DNA of 63,853 nt, the filler included, from Octopus bimaculoides (Eukaryota), in assembly GCF_001194135.2 (NCBI RefSeq). It is 7 parts of 6 records of this genome, joined end to end, with 100 filler letters (N's around TTAATTAATTAA, not from the genome) between each part and the next. Parts side by side here need not be neighbours in the genome. Positions count along the whole stretch, not along the records: positions 34,109 to 52,138 come from NC_068989.1; 6 more parts are not named here. One strand, written 5' to 3'. The translations under genes and the position numbers were made by a program. The notes beneath the pieces were generated by a model that did no database searches, was not told where the DNA came from, and saw only the letters and a program-made list of their open reading frames with translations. Position 1 is the first letter of the stretch. Each line of letters opens with the position of its first letter. This document shows positions 35,441-48,895 of this stretch, one piece after another.

Positions 35441-36376
35441 AAATACTACATTACAATGTATTACACTTAACTATATTATACTACACAAGAAAACACACCA
35501 ATGAGAAAGAGCATCTATGTGACCGCTCGATCTAATAAGAGCATCCGAGTCTCCCTCTGTTCACACGCTACTATCTTGAAAAAAAAAAAAAAAGAACACA
35601 TTGGTTTATGTAGTTATAGGCATGCTTTTATGAAGGTAGGATGTTTATGGCTGGTATGCTTTTGATAATAGATTTACACAATCAGGATTGATCTGAAGCT
35701 AAAATTCAGTAACATTCCTGTCAAATGGCCTCAACATGGTCACTCGATCTGCAAGAAATAGCAGCAAAATAACCTTTTATCACACCCTACTATCTTTAGA
35801 AAAGAATTAATAATGTAACCCCAGCCCTTGTGTCTAAAAACTATGACGAAATGGTCACGACTAGGACATCTTTCTTCACATGCCTATTCTAGCAAGTTGA
35901 GTTGAACTGATCAACAACAACAACAATATTAAACAGTGCTTATACATCAAGATACATTCAATTTTCACTGTTTCGCCTTCTTTATTCCATAAATATTTCC
36001 CCCTCTTTAGAATGATATTAAGATAAAATCTTTTAAGAGCTCTTAAATTATGTTACTTGTTTTATAGCGTAGTAATAAATTAAAAAAAAATAGTTGCTGT
36101 TATTGATGATATTTTATAGATAACCATCCTTCGATACAGCTAAACCATAGAATCTGATCATCAAACTGAGTGATGAACTGATAACATCAATACTGCGTTC
36201 GTGTTTGATCCGGCTCTATGTTCTTGGTTCATATCCCACCTTTCATTATCCCTGACCCTGTAAAGTAAAGTACCAGTCAAATATTGAAATCAATTTGAGC
36301 AGCTGCTACTTGTACCAAACAACTTTCTTTAAGTAAAGAAACTAGGGCTGAGAATTTTTACTGTATCTTCTGTAGT

Positions 36377-36778
36377 TGTTGTTGTTGGCATTCCGTCGCT
36401 TACGACGTCGAGGGTTCTAGTTGATCCGATCAATAGAACAGCTTGCTCAGGAAATTAACGTGCAAGTGGCTGAGCACTCCACAGACACCTGTACCCTTAA
36501 CGTAGTTCTCGGGAATATTCAGCGTGACACAGTGTGACAAGGCTGACCCTTTGAATTACAGGCACAACAGAAACAGGAAGTAAGAGTGAGAGAAAGTTGT
36601 GGTAAAAGAGTACAGCAGGGTTCGCTACCAACCCCTGCCAGAGCCTCGTGGAGCTTTAGGTGTTTTTGCTCAATAAACACTCACAACGCCTGGTCTGGGA
36701 ATCGAAACCGCGATCCTTTGACCGCGATCCTATGACCGCGAGTCCGCTGCCCTAACCACTGGGCCATTGAGCCTCCAC
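36377..36778 (-). mobile_element. Young tRNA-derived SINE family C with a 12-bp TSD and (AAC)n tail
   Basis: A box TGGCCCAGTGG and B-box-like GGTTTCGATTCCC on the minus strand; TSD ATCTTCTGTAGT at 36365-36376 and 36779-36790; a short internal duplication gaccgcgatcct. Confidence 0.9.
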
Positions 36779-38669
36779 ATCTTCTGTAGTACAAGTAGAA
36801 AACCCAGCGTCCACAGCACTCGCGTCGGAAGCAGTGGCACCAAATATTATCAACTTTGAAAAACATTGTATTCGACACTGGTCAACAGAAGAGGAGAATG
36901 AGAATTTGCTGATAGAAAATATTTCTTTTGTTAAGGCTGTTATATCTTTGCTGCCAATGTTGATATAGCAAACATTCTCCGCTAGTATACATTAGCAGTA
37001 ATGATACTTCAATAACAGAGACCCTATCAGTGAATGATCTATGAAGTATTCATAAAAATTCCTAGCGAAAACTTTATACAAAACTTACTGAAAAAAAAAT
37101 CTAAAGAATGTTATCTTCTTCATCATGACCCACAAATACATTTTACAGATTCTGCCAAAATTGTTCTCAATTTTCTTGGATTCTTCTCTCATTAGAAAAT
37201 ATCAAAAACCGACTATAAGTTATTGTTGACTTCATGGATAATTCAAAATTTATTACACGGAGTTTCGTTATTATATTTCCCAACACAAAAACATGATATT
37301 TTACCAATCTTATGAAGTCCGATGGTTTTTTTTTGTTTTGTTTTGTTTTATTTTCTTTTGCACTCAGACTGACGCTTCTTTCTTTTTATCCTAGTTTTGA
37401 TTTTGCTTTCATTATTTTAAATACAATTTCGAAAATTCCCTTGTAACCTCAATGAAGTAGTTTAGCAGTGTCTGTTCATTTTCGTGTAGTTTGTGCCAGT
37501 TTTACTGTATTTCAAAAATTTGACTTTCCGCCGAGTGAATCATAGCCAAACGAGTCGGAAAGACTTCGTTTTACAGACTTAATTGGGAAACAGCACACTA
37601 TTGCAGCTCTTACGAGAGATTTGAAGAGGATCAACAATAACTTATCTAAATTGATGCATTTTCTGAACATGAAGATGTAGTTCTAGCTATATTATGTATG
37701 TGGGATCTCCAAGATAAACCAACAGAGACTATGGGGCTTAACTTCCGTAATGACGTAAATGATTTGAGTGTAAACTAAAAGTAGAGAGAGCGAAGGGGAT
37801 TATTTTGTTGAAATGAGTAGCAGTTGTGACTCCACCATTTTGAAAGAGACACATTGTAATGACCTCATTAAAGGTTGGTTTTGCGGTTTCTGTTTAAAGA
37901 AGCAGTGGAGGTGTGGCGTATTCATGACAATAGTGAGTAGTATGCTAAAAAGTGGAAAATGATATCATCTCCATAGGAGTGGGTATTGTTAGAGATGACT
38001 AACATATAGGTATTAATGTACATGAGAAGCTCCGTGACGGTGGGGCTTATAACCAAACCTTGGTTGATAGCAATGTTGATAAAGTAAGCATTAATGAGAA
38101 AAGAGTTTTGTCAGTGTATATTGAGATTGTCTTTTCTAACTGAGATCATCTTTTCGTTATTATTCGATATAGAACACGAATCGAATATTATTTCCTCATT
38201 GGCTCTTTACGCATGAACCTATGTAGACTGTTATCTTTTCATCGGTATTTATTACATAACTATATATAGACTACGTCTATTGACTAAATGTTGACTAAAT
38301 ATAGACAATCATAAACGCCACGTGTTTCTTTTTGACACGTCTTTCAGAAACATTCCAATCTGATCGTCTATTTTCAAAGCGCTTGAAAACCTTTGAAGCC
38401 CATTTAAAAAGTGTTCCAACCGTGACCTCCCACTTTTAAAATACGTCCCAACCGTGTCCATTGTCGCTTTTTACAGCCCAAATCTTCCTCATGTATAAAC
38501 ACTACATTATTATTTTTATTTAAAGGACACATTAATCATGTGTACATGCACCTGAAATAAAAGATGGGACGGTCATGGTGAAATGCATTTGATTACCGAT
38601 CTGTAGGATCAGAGATGAACTGGAACTAGACAACGATAACAACTAGCGATAACAACAACTGGCTTCATA

Positions 38670-38832
38670 GGCGCAGGATTGGCTGTGTGGTAAGTAGCTT
38701 GCTTACCAACCACATGGTTCCGGGTTCAGTCCCACTGCGTGGCATCTTGGGCAGGTGTCTTCTACTATAGCCTCGGGCCGACCAAAGCCTTGTGAGTGGA
38801 TTTAGTAGATGGAAACTGAAAGAAGCCCGTCG

Positions 38833-38881
<49 letters not shown>

Positions 38882-39275
38882 NNNNNNNNNNNNNNNNNNN
38901 NNNNNNNNNNNNNNNNNNNNNNNNNNNNNNNNNNNNNNNNNNNNNNNNNNNNNNNNNNNNNNNNNNNNNNNNNNNNNNNNNNNNNNNNNNNNNNNNNNNN
39001 NNNNNNNNNNNNNNNNNNNNNNNNNNNNNNNNNNNNNNNNNNNNNNNGTGTGTTTGTGTGTCTGTGTATGTCCCCTCCCAACATCGTTTGACAACCGATG
39101 CTAGTGTGTTTACGTCCCCGTAACTTAGCGGTTCGGCAAAAGTAACGGATAGAATAAGTACTAGGCTTACAAAGAATAAGTCCTGGGGTCGATTTTCTCG
39201 ACTAAAAAGGCGGTGCTCCAGCATGGCCGCAGTCAAATGACTGAAACAAGTAAAAGAGTAAAAGAGAGTAAAAGA
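38670..39275 (+). mobile_element. Full-length SINE family A (reference copy) with a long internal (TA)(TG)n microsatellite
   Basis: A box 38680-38690, B box 38723-38733, core ttgggcaggtgtcttctactatagcc, internal repeat with a gap, tail ...gactgaaacaagtaaaagagtaaaagag. Confidence 0.92.
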
Positions 39276-39784
39276 GTATATATATATATGTATATATATA
39301 TATATAGGGTACTGCTGTCATCGAACATACTGTAAGCAGCAGAGTCAGTGATCATCAATACAAATTTCGTTGTTCAGATCCACAGAAATAACAAACATTA
39401 TTTAGATAAGACCTGATAGATTAAAAATGTAATGGCCAAGGATAGAATGCCTTTTATAATAGGCCTGCTGAATATAGGGGCTAAATAACAAAAACAGCAA
39501 AAACAACTAACAAGTTCATGTTTGCCTTTGTACCGCTGTCGCTCCAAGCATTACTTTGACTCACATAGATACTGTATGTCTAGTAGTTTTTGTCTATTGA
39601 GAACTAATGATACACCGGTCAAAAGTTATTTACTTCTATTTATATAACCAATTACATGAATCTGGCTTTTTTTTATTGGCTCGACTTGTAGGAAAAAGCT
39701 GTACCTAATACGTTTGCAACCTATCAGATCGACGCTGTTAATGTACCGCTAAGATAGTCATAAAGTGATTGATGTCTATAGGAA

Positions 39785-39925
39785 ATAAGAGTGGTAAGGA
39801 GCTTGCTTCCCAACCACATGATTCTGCGTGATACCTTGGGCAAGTGTCTTCTACTATTACCTTGGGCCGGCCAAAGCCTTGTGAGTGGATATGATAGACG
39901 GAAAATTGGAAGAAACCCGTCGTAT
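39785..39925 (+). mobile_element. SINE family A 5' half running into a gap
   Basis: gtggtaaggagcttgcttcccaaccacatg...ggcaagtgtcttctactat...ccgtcg(TA)n. Confidence 0.8.
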
Positions 39926-40303
39926 ATATATATATATATNNNNNNNNNNNNNNNNNNNNNNNNNNNNNNNNNNNNNNNNNNNNNNNNNNNNNNNNNNNNN
40001 NNNNNNNNNNNNNNNNNNNNNNNNNNNNNNNNNNNNNNNNNNNNNNNNNNNNNNNNNNNNNNNNNNNNNNNNNNNNNNNNNNNNNNNNNNNNNNNNNNNN
40101 NNNNNNNNNNNNNNNNNNNNNNNNNNNNNNNNNNNNNNNNNNNNNNNNNNNNNNNNNNNNNNNNNNNNNNNNNNNNNNNNNNNNNNNNNNNNNNNNNNNN
40201 NNNNNNNNNNNNNNNNNNNNNNNNNNNNNNNNNNNNNNNNNNNNNNNNNNNNNNNNNNNNNNNNNNNNNNNNNNNNNNNNNNNNNNNNNNNNNNNNNNNN
40301 NNN

Positions 40304-40443
40304 GAAGAAGAAGAAGAAGAAGAAGAAGAAGAAGAAGAAGAAGAAGAAGAAGAAGAAGAAGAAGGAGAAGAAGAAAAAGAAGAAGAAGAAGAAGAAGAAG
40401 AAGAAGAAGAAGAAGAAGAAGAAGAATAAGAAGAAGAAGAAAG
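40304..40443. repeat. (GAA)n microsatellite
   Basis: Directly visible. Confidence 0.95.
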
Positions 40444-40531
40444 CACACCAGTGGGACAGAGTTGAATCACGTTCAGGGAAAAATTAAAACAGTTGCTACC
40501 TGCCCCTAGTTCGTTTTGCTAAATCAATGAG

Positions 40532-40760
40532 GTGTATTGTAGGCACTTACTTCATGAGTATAGGCATGGCCGTGCTTCGATTCAATCTGAGATCAATCCT
40601 GCACCTCTGCACCTTCCATATATGTATTCTAACATAGTTACGGCTCAACCCGAAACCATGTTACTACTGCCACTGTCTTTTGGTGATGGATCTGACACGC
40701 CACTCAATGTAACATTTCCACCTGACCCTTAGGTGTCTTTAATAGAGATTCCTGCCAACC
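40532..40760 (+). mobile_element. Possible CR1/Jockey-like LINE 3' remnant
   Basis: LLHEYRHGRAS..SF..NVTFP weakly resembles CR1-group C-termini. Confidence 0.3.
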
Positions 40761-40915
40761 AGATCTCTAATTTAAGGATAGCTTCTTTTCTTCGTACTCA
40801 CAATTCTCCCTTTAAAGAGCCACTGGTGCTGCACTTCCGCCTCTGACTAAGCTATGGCGGAAACGATTAAGTAACTGATTTTGGAAAATGACTGGAACTA
40901 ATCGGAAATACTTAC

Positions 40916-41018
40916 CTGCTTGCGCGGAAGTTGAACATATAATCCGGTCGACAGCAGCTGCGGCAGCTATTAATAAACTGCAATAAGTGCATGCTACGAG
41001 CAATGCGTTGAATCTCAT
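40916..41018 (-). CDS. First coding exon (signal peptide) of a secreted protein, likely ependymin-related-like
   Basis: Acceptor ttgtttgtgtttaatttcAG|GGCCAAA-ATG (exon starts at 41025); MRFNALLVACTYCSLLIAAAAA-VDRIICSTSAQA+G; consensus donor CAG|GTAAGTAT (phase 1). Confidence 0.75.
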
Positions 41019-41449
41019 TTTGGCCCTGAAATTAAACACAAACAATTATCTATAGTAACGTGTTAACTATGTGGAGCTTTTCCCTACTTGACTGAAGGAG
41101 TGGATCAGTCTTTAAAAACTTTTTAGACAAGTCTACTGTAAGGGCTCATACCCTCAAGGGTGAGGAGAGATATTGCAGCTGAAAGGTTTGCAATATCTCA
41201 AGAATAGAAAACTATAGTAATATTGGAAGAACGCAGTAAGAACATATATATGAATAGTCATCCAATGAATGTTGAGAGCTGATGCGTAAGGACCTTTTTA
41301 TCATGTAAAATCCCTATATTGAAGCAGCATTCACACAGCCACCTCTTCATTATAAAGGTTCTTGATATATCTGCTTTGAGCCTATTTGCTGATGAAACTG
41401 GAGCTTAACCGGATTTTTAAGACATTTATGCAGAGAGTCTAAGATATTC

Positions 41450-41645
41450 CTTTCAAGGGACGCCACCAAGTGGCAAAGTTATCCCACAGCTGTCACTGTT
41501 ACTCATTTTCAGTTGAATGTACTTCAGAAATGGGAAATGCAGTGCCTTGCTCAAGAACACCATGCACCGCCCTGTCTGAGAATCGAGCCCATCACCTAAC
41601 GATCTCGAGCTCTAAACCTTACTACGAGGTTATGTGGCCTCACAC
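41450..41645 (-). mobile_element. Diverged CORE-like SINE (family D)
   Basis: gtgccttgctcaagaacac...gagaatcgagccc resembles 46230-46375 and 53000-53137. Confidence 0.55.
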
Positions 41646-42130
41646 AGTAACGATTGTTGTACATAATAATGATCTTTGTTGCCAACTATATAGAGACTGT
41701 TGTTAGTGTATATCGTAACCCAATTTCTGCACCTGTAAGGATATGAGTCTTGCTCTCAGCCTATTCGCAATTCATAGCATTCTCTACAAGGAAACTGAAC
41801 GCTTTTAATACAATCAAATATGAAATTAAAACTAAGGAGAAACAGAACATGTTTGATAGCCTAAATAGATAAAGAAATGGTTTAAAACTAAGGTATAAAG
41901 ATATCAGTTTTCAGCAGAGGAATTAAGTCAATACCATCGACTCATTCGCTGGTTCATTATGAGTTAGTAACCACGGAAAGATGTAAGGCAAAGTTGGGCA
42001 TGGCGGAATTTGAACGTAAAGTATCGGAAGGAAATATCTGTTCACACTGTTATATATCCTTAGATCAACCGATTCAAGTTGGCCTGTGGTAAAAACCATT
42101 CCTCTCGTAAAATGTCATTATTTAAGACAT

Positions 42131-42560
42131 TTAAGGCAGCGAGCTGGTAGAATCGTTAGCGCCGAGCGAAATGCTTATCGGCATTTCGTCCGTCCTTACG
42201 TTCTGAGTTCAAATTCCGCCAAAGTCGACTTTGCCTTTCATTCTTTCGGGGTCGATGAAATCAGTACCATCGACTAGTCCCCTCTTCACAAATTTCAGAC
42301 CTTGTTCCTTTAGGAGAAAGGATTATTTAAGACATTTGAAGGCGGCGAGCTGGCAGAACCAGCACGTCGGACAAAATGATTAGCAGCAGTTCTTCCAACT
42401 CTTATTTTCTGTGTTCAAATTTCGCCAAGATCAATAAAATAAGAATATGTTCTAAAATAAGAGCTCTGAAATATGCTGTAAAATAAGAGCATAGGAGTCG
42501 ATGTGATTGATTTATCCCTTCCCTAAAACTGTTAATCTTGTGCTAGAATTTGAAACCATT
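42131..42560 (+). mobile_element. Two head-to-tail SINE family B copies
   Basis: ttaaggcagcgagctggtagaatcgttag...gagttcaaattccgcc...agaaaggattatt, then gaaggcggcgagctggcagaa...; other copies lie at 48232-48840 (-), 49735-50120 (-), 55780-55995 (+) and 60560-60670 (-). Confidence 0.85.
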
Positions 42561-44007
42561 ACTTAAGACAGTTGAGAGAAATTTGGCTGTTATTTTCACA
42601 GACCGAGTTCACTTTGGCTCACATTCGTTATAGTTGAGTTAGGAAGCTTTCTCCTTTCTTGTCTTTTTGTGTGTATGTGTGTGTGGGGGGAGTAGGCAAC
42701 TGAGTCTTGTTTTAACTGGAAGCATTAAAATTGGTCATAGAAGATAAGATAAGGTGAGAGCAGATGAAAGAAAATGAAATGAATCAAGATGGGATTACAT
42801 AAATATAGTTCACAAAATAATCTACGAGATCTGATAAACGTAACCGTACTCAGAAATAGTTTAGGGTGTGGAAGGAGTTCTGAAACCATTAGACCGGAAG
42901 TAATATACGTTGGGTGGAGTATTAATTAAGTTTGATATATAAAAATATATTTAAATATATTATTACATAAATAAATATTATTTGGTGGATAGCCTGAAAA
43001 AGAAAAAAGCGAAAAATGAATTTATTCTTGTTACATTATGTCAGTATACTGTAAAAAATTAAGGAAGAAAAATTATTTTACTGTAGCTTTCATGATTAGA
43101 GCTTATCAATAACACCGAGATCAACATTTATCCTTTCGGGATCGATAAAATACATATAGTGCCAATTAAGAAACGGGGTAAATGATATCGATTTATCCCG
43201 TCCCCATCAAAATTGCTGGCCTTGTGTCAAAATGTAAAACCATTATTAGAGTTTTATCATGGCTACTGAATAATTGTCACATTATTTACAGATAAATCCC
43301 TCTATTTACATAATATCGAGGTCTCTTTCTTTCTTTTGTCGTCTTTCCTTTTCTATCAATATATATATATATATATATATATATANNNNNNNNNNNNNNN
43401 NNNNNNNNNNNNNNNNNNNNNNNNNNNNNNNNNNNNNNNNNNNNNNNNNNNNNNNNNNNNNNNNNNNNNNNNNNNNNNNNNNNNNNNNNNNNNNNNNNNN
43501 NNNNNNNNNNNNNNNNNNNNNNNNNNNNNNNNNNNNNNNNNNNNNNNNNNNNNNNNNNNNNNNNNNNNNNNNNNNNNNNNNNNNNNNNNNNNNNNNNNNN
43601 NNNNNNNNNNNNNNNNNNNNNNNNNNNNNNNNNNNNNNNNNNNNNNNNNNNNNNNNNNNNNNNNNNNNNNNNNNNNNNNNNNNNNNNNNNNNNNNNNNNN
43701 NNNNNNNNNNNNNNNNNNNNNNNNNNNNNNNNNNNNNNNNNNNNNNNNNNNNNNNNNNNNNNNNNNNNNNNNNNNNNNNNNNNNNNNNNNNNNNNNNNNN
43801 NNNNNNNNNNNNNNNNNNNNNNNNNNNNNNNNNNNNNNNNNNNNNNNNNNNNNNNNNNNNNNNNNNNNNNNNNNNNNNNNNNNNNNNNNNNNNNNNNNNN
43901 NNNNNNNNNNNNNNNNNNNNNNNNNNNNNNNNNNNNNNNNNNNNNNNNNNNNNNNNNNNNNNNNNNNNNNNNNNNNNNNNNNNNNNNNNNNNNNNNNNNN
44001 NNNNNNN

Positions 44008-44029
<22 letters not shown>

Positions 44030-44038
<9 letters not shown>

Positions 44039-45596
44039 ATCAATCTTATTTTTCTAACTACCTAGCTCTCTCTCCCTCTCTTTCTATATCTCGCCCATTC
44101 TCTATTGTTTTTACTTTCATTTTTCAGATGCTATTGTTTTCACTGTAGTTTTCAATTGCTATTTACAAACAACAACGACAAATTACTGACAGAAAGAAGT
44201 TCACAATTACTGATGAAATTAATTTCATACATAATTTACTGACAGAAGTAACTTCATAAATTTCACTTCAATTCGTACACGTTGTTAAATTTGCCTAAAA
44301 ATTTCTTATTTACTTTTGCAACGTTTTGTGTTTTTTTTTTTTTTTTTTGATGACAGAATTACTGATAAAAGTAAGTTCGTAATTTACTGACAGAAGTAAC
44401 TTCAGATATTCCACTTAGTTAATTTCCCTAAAAAATTTCCTTTAGTTAATTTCCCTAAAAGTTTCTTATTTAATTTTGCAACGGTTTTGTGTTTTTCTGT
44501 TGTTAACGGCTTTTTTCTAGTTCCTTCAATACTGGCTCCTTGGTTCACTAAGTGGCAAACTTCGCTTCAGCCTGTACAATTCTTTATTTTCCGTAAAAAT
44601 TTCTTATTTACTTTCCGTCAGATGTATTAAGAAATATAATTCCCGTTACCCAGTCATTTTCAATGTCTACTATCTTCTGCATCCGTGTATTTCTGTATAC
44701 GTATATAACCATGCCTAGAAGGAAAGTGTCAAATTTGTCTACAATGTCAAGGTCAGTCAAAAGAATGTTTTGTCCAGGGACAGAGAAACAACTGCAGAAA
44801 GGGAAGCATACCAAGAAACGAACAGACTGCACTACGAAAGCCAGAGCATCTCAAAGTAATGAACAGAGGTGTGCACGGCTGACAAGGAATATGATCTCTA
44901 CTGCAGAACGAAGAGCAGTTGCAGCAGCTCAGAGAAGCAATTTTTATGAAGCAGCTTTCAATTATAATCCAGCAGTTCATTATGCAGATGACACTAGCAT
45001 TTCCATTGGTGCAATGACAACTGAGTGCATACAATGTAAATCAAGTGGCCTGGAGAGACACCTGCACTGTGCAGCAGTGGTGGAAAGGTTAAACTCCCTG
45101 CAATCCCCCAACATCCAGAGCCATTAAGGAAACTGTTGTCATCGACTGACCAAAGTTCCAAGCACTTCCGAAACAAAATTAGACAATACAACGCTGCACT
45201 ACACATGGCATCATTCGGAACTACAAGAGATTTAGCTGAGTCAGGATTCATGCAAACTTTCAAGATCCAGGGCCAGATTTATCATCGGATTGGCTCTCTA
45301 CCACCTCTGTCAAATGAATCACCAAAATCGGCCTTTCATTGTTTATAATCTGTACCTGTTTTTGGATACTAAATACGCTACACAAAACGTGTTTTGAATT
45401 ACGTGTATTTACTTTATATACATATTGAGTTGAAAACTTTCTTTTAACATTTCACTTAACGTTTTTGTTCCATGCTGGCATGAGTTGGAGAGTTATTAAT
45501 GTAGAAAGTTGGTATCTCAGCTACTGCGTAATCTAGACGGCGTTTTTAAATTTCATTCTTCTCTTTAACCCGGGCAACGCCGGGTATTTCTGCTAA
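44030..45596 (+). mobile_element. Non-autonomous (internally deleted) Helitron with an N-terminal Rep/Hel fragment
   Basis: AFNYNP..IGAMTTECIQC..(fs)KHFRNKIRQYNAALHMASFG..TFKIQGQIYHRIGSL; 3' hairpin acccgg-gcaacg-ccgggt (45568-45585) then CTAA|T. Confidence 0.88.
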
Positions 45597-45609
45597 TATA
45601 TGTATTATA

Positions 45610-45674
<65 letters not shown>

Positions 45675-46084
45675 CTGACATAAACATATGTGTCTTTAAT
45701 AGAATATAAGTTTTTGGACTATTAATCCCATCTTCAGAGATAAAAATGTTCTCTTTTATCATGGATCGTAAAGTTGATATACCTATTAAACTAAACTTTA
45801 TCGTTAAAAGTCCACATAAATTATATATTTACAAAATGTAACATGACCGAATATAAGATGGTATTGTAACGGTTAGAAGTTTCGATAATAGTTCTACTCG
45901 AGTAAGTTTGACAATAGCTACATATTTGTGAACGCATGCTTGACTGTATAATTAAAACGTTCCTTTCGTCACATCATTTGTTTCGATTCGATCCCTCTGC
46001 GTAGTACCTTGGGAATGTGTCTTTTATTATAGCTTCAGTTGCACAAAAAGCCTTGTTAGTGAAATTTCACGGTATCATGGTATC

Positions 46085-46375
46085 ACGGTATTGACTCGAC
46101 AATAGGACAATGTTATACATCGATAGTCACAATGCACCTCGCATTGTTTTAGTCTTCGAATGATGCCACCCTACTGGCTAGGCGAGCAGGCAAACATTCC
46201 TTCTGATCGGAATACTATTCCGTCGGAAGGTCACCCAATTACAGCTGAATGGACTGGAGCAACGAGAAATGAAGTGCTTTATTCAAGAACACAACGTGCC
46301 GCGCGGTTCGGGAATCGAATCCACGATCTAGCAATCGTGAGAGCAGCACCCTAACCATTAGGCCACGCGCTTTCG
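46085..46375 (-). mobile_element. CORE-like tRNA-derived SINE family D
   Basis: Minus-strand head gcgcgtggcctaatggttagggtg...gattcgattccc; core gtgttcttgaataaagcacttcatttc..gctccagtccattcagctg. Confidence 0.75.
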
Positions 46376-46935
46376 TGAATGAAATTTAGCTGACAGAATG
46401 TGTGAAGATCCTTGGTTGTTGACCTAATCTGTCGCCCGGTTTATCACCACCACCTGGTTTTCGGATGCCATTAGCGGTTTTCGAGCATTTGGACCTGGTC
46501 TGAGGATAATTGTTTCATAATCCCCATAACTGTCTCGGAACCCCCCAAAAGGTTCATGAGCATTTACCCTTCTTCCTTGAACTAAGTCATTAGAAATATG
46601 ATTCAACATACTTCTGGGCAAAATTTCCCAGCTAATATCTAACTTCTTAACATTCTGTTATCGTTTTATTCTTTTACTGGTTGTAATCATTTAGCTTAGG
46701 CCATTCTGGGGCATTACCATCAGTTGTTTGAGGAGACTATATCGCCCCCACTATTTTGTCGGGTATTTAAAAGAGACTTTGAAGAAGAACACAAGGTAAA
46801 GTCGACGGGTATAAGGAAAAGCAATATAAGGAAATGTAATTGTAAGATGGTTTGATTGATTGATTAATAGAATATATGAAAGGGTGGATGAAGATAGATG
46901 GATAGAAATTGAAAGATGAATGTATGAGTATATAT

Positions 46936-47335
46936 CTATTATAATAAATGCAAAATTCTGTCTGTCAGTCTGGAACTGTGTCTCGGTCTAATTTGCTCTA
47001 CATAGACATATATCTTTTTGTAATTAGGATGATCCCGGGATTGAGAACCTGACCTTCATTTGGTTCTTGAACATCCAGCATTAGGATCAGGTCTGGATGA
47101 GGATTTGTTATACGCTAACATTTGAAAATTCGAATTTTAAAAGGACTCCAAAAATTCGTGAACAATTTAATTGTTTTTTTTTATTATTTAAACTGGATTT
47201 AAAGTAATACCATATTGCTAGGGTACCAATAAATGCATTATCATTAATGTTCTCTTTTGTTTTGGGCTGCAGGCCCGATTAACCCACCGTAGGAACTAAA
47301 TTAAAACTCCGAATAGAGTGCAGCTTTTAAGCTAG

Positions 47336-47336
<1 letters not shown>
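46936..47336 (+). mobile_element. Possible short non-autonomous Helitron-like element
   Basis: Starts tctattataataaatgc..tctgtctgtc and ends in CTAG|T; the subterminal hairpin is weak. Confidence 0.35.
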
Positions 47337-47373
<37 letters not shown>

Positions 47374-48845
47374 CGTATCTATCTATCTATCTGTATATAT
47401 GTGTATGTATNNNNNNNNNNNNNNNNNNNNNNNNNNNNNNNNNNNNNNNNNNNNNNNNNNNNNNNNNNNNNNNNNNNNNNNNNNNNNNNNNNNNNNNNAT
47501 ATATATATATATATATATATATACATACACATATATACAGATAGATAGATAGATAGATAGATAAATAGATAGTATTTCAACAAAATTAAAATAGATTTTA
47601 TATGTGATGCAGCTGATTCATTATGTATAAAATGAATGAAAGAATCCCATGGTGATCATGTAGGATGTTTTAGGATTCTATTTGACCCCGGGACACCATT
47701 CACCAGTTGTTCACATTCTATTATAAAGTGTTTGTTTTATAACAAAACACTTATTTCTCAGATACATACATACATACATACATACATACGTACATACATA
47801 CGTACATACATACATACATACATACACACACATATATATATATATATACAAGCGAAAGAGAGGCGGGACCAGATTGTAACATTCATGACATCTTCAACAC
47901 TAATAGTAAGCATATAGTGAAAATACCAAACAGAATTATGTTAAGGTGTTCATCACAACAAGTGTATACGAGCGAATGAATTTATCTGACTTCTATCGAA
48001 CTTTGAATAGCTGAGAATGTAAAACCTCCGGAATTTAACTCCGAAAATAGATAGACATTTCTGAATATTGCTAGTTTGGCCTCAGTATGTTTATGTGTGT
48101 ATGTCGGATGTTCTTTGCATTTTATCTCATAAACTTCTCTTACAACAGTAAGAACTGTTTCTGATGTAGACGCAAAGTCAGTAATAATGAGATAGAGGTT
48201 ACTTGATTGTATCAATCTCTGTACTCAACGGATGCTTATTTTATAGATCCCAAGAGGATGAAAGGCAAAGTCAACCTTGGTAACATTTGAACTTAGAACG
48301 TAAAGGACTGGTAACAAAAAATACAGCTAGGTATTTTGTCCGGTGCGGTAAAGATTCTTCTAATTTATTGTCCTTAACAACAACAACAACAACAACAGCA
48401 GCAGCAGCAGCAGAAGCAATTAGGAGGACGACGACAACAACCACAGCAACAATAACAATAATAATAATTTCTAATACAAGGACAAACCTTGAAATTTTGC
48501 GGGAGGGGACTAGTCAATTGGATCGACTCCAGTACTCAGCTGATACTTATTTTATCGACCCCCCCCCAAAAAAAAAGATGAACAGCAAAGCTGACCTCAG
48601 CGGAATTTGAACTCAGAAGGTAAAGACAGACGAAATACCGTTCAGCATTTTCATGGTACAGTAACGATTCTGCCAATCTAACGGCCTTGTTGCCAACAGC
48701 AACAAAGCAGAGCAACAATAGAACAACAATAGTAATGGTTTCATATTTTAGCACTACGGGGCAGCAAATTTTAGGGGGAGGGGTTAATTGGTTACATTGC
48801 CCCAGCTCTCAACTGGAGCTTATTTTACAGAAAGGATGAATAATG

Positions 48846-48895
<50 letters not shown>

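Noticed and set aside
36690-36778. tRNA genes at SINE heads (also 38675-38740 and 53070-53137)
   Set aside because: A and B boxes are present, but there is no complete cloverleaf or acceptor stem, and the heads continue into SINE bodies.
37735-37860. ETS-like CTTCCG, CRE-like TGACGTAA and CCATTTT cluster as a promoter
   Set aside because: Short motifs are expected by chance, and there is no linked TSS or first exon.
40908-40918. ATACTTACCTG, identical to the U1 snRNA 5' end
   Set aside because: There is no further U1 similarity; it is the reverse complement of the consensus donor CAG|GTAAGTAT of the minus-strand exon.
41167-41199. 11-bp stem hairpin gagatattgca/tgcaatatctc as a ribozyme or terminator
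   Set aside because: There is no catalytic core or U-tract; it is likely a relic of a repeat.
46424-46621. 65-aa minus-strand ORF with protein-like composition
   Set aside because: There is no polypyrimidine acceptor, no recognisable motif and no donor.
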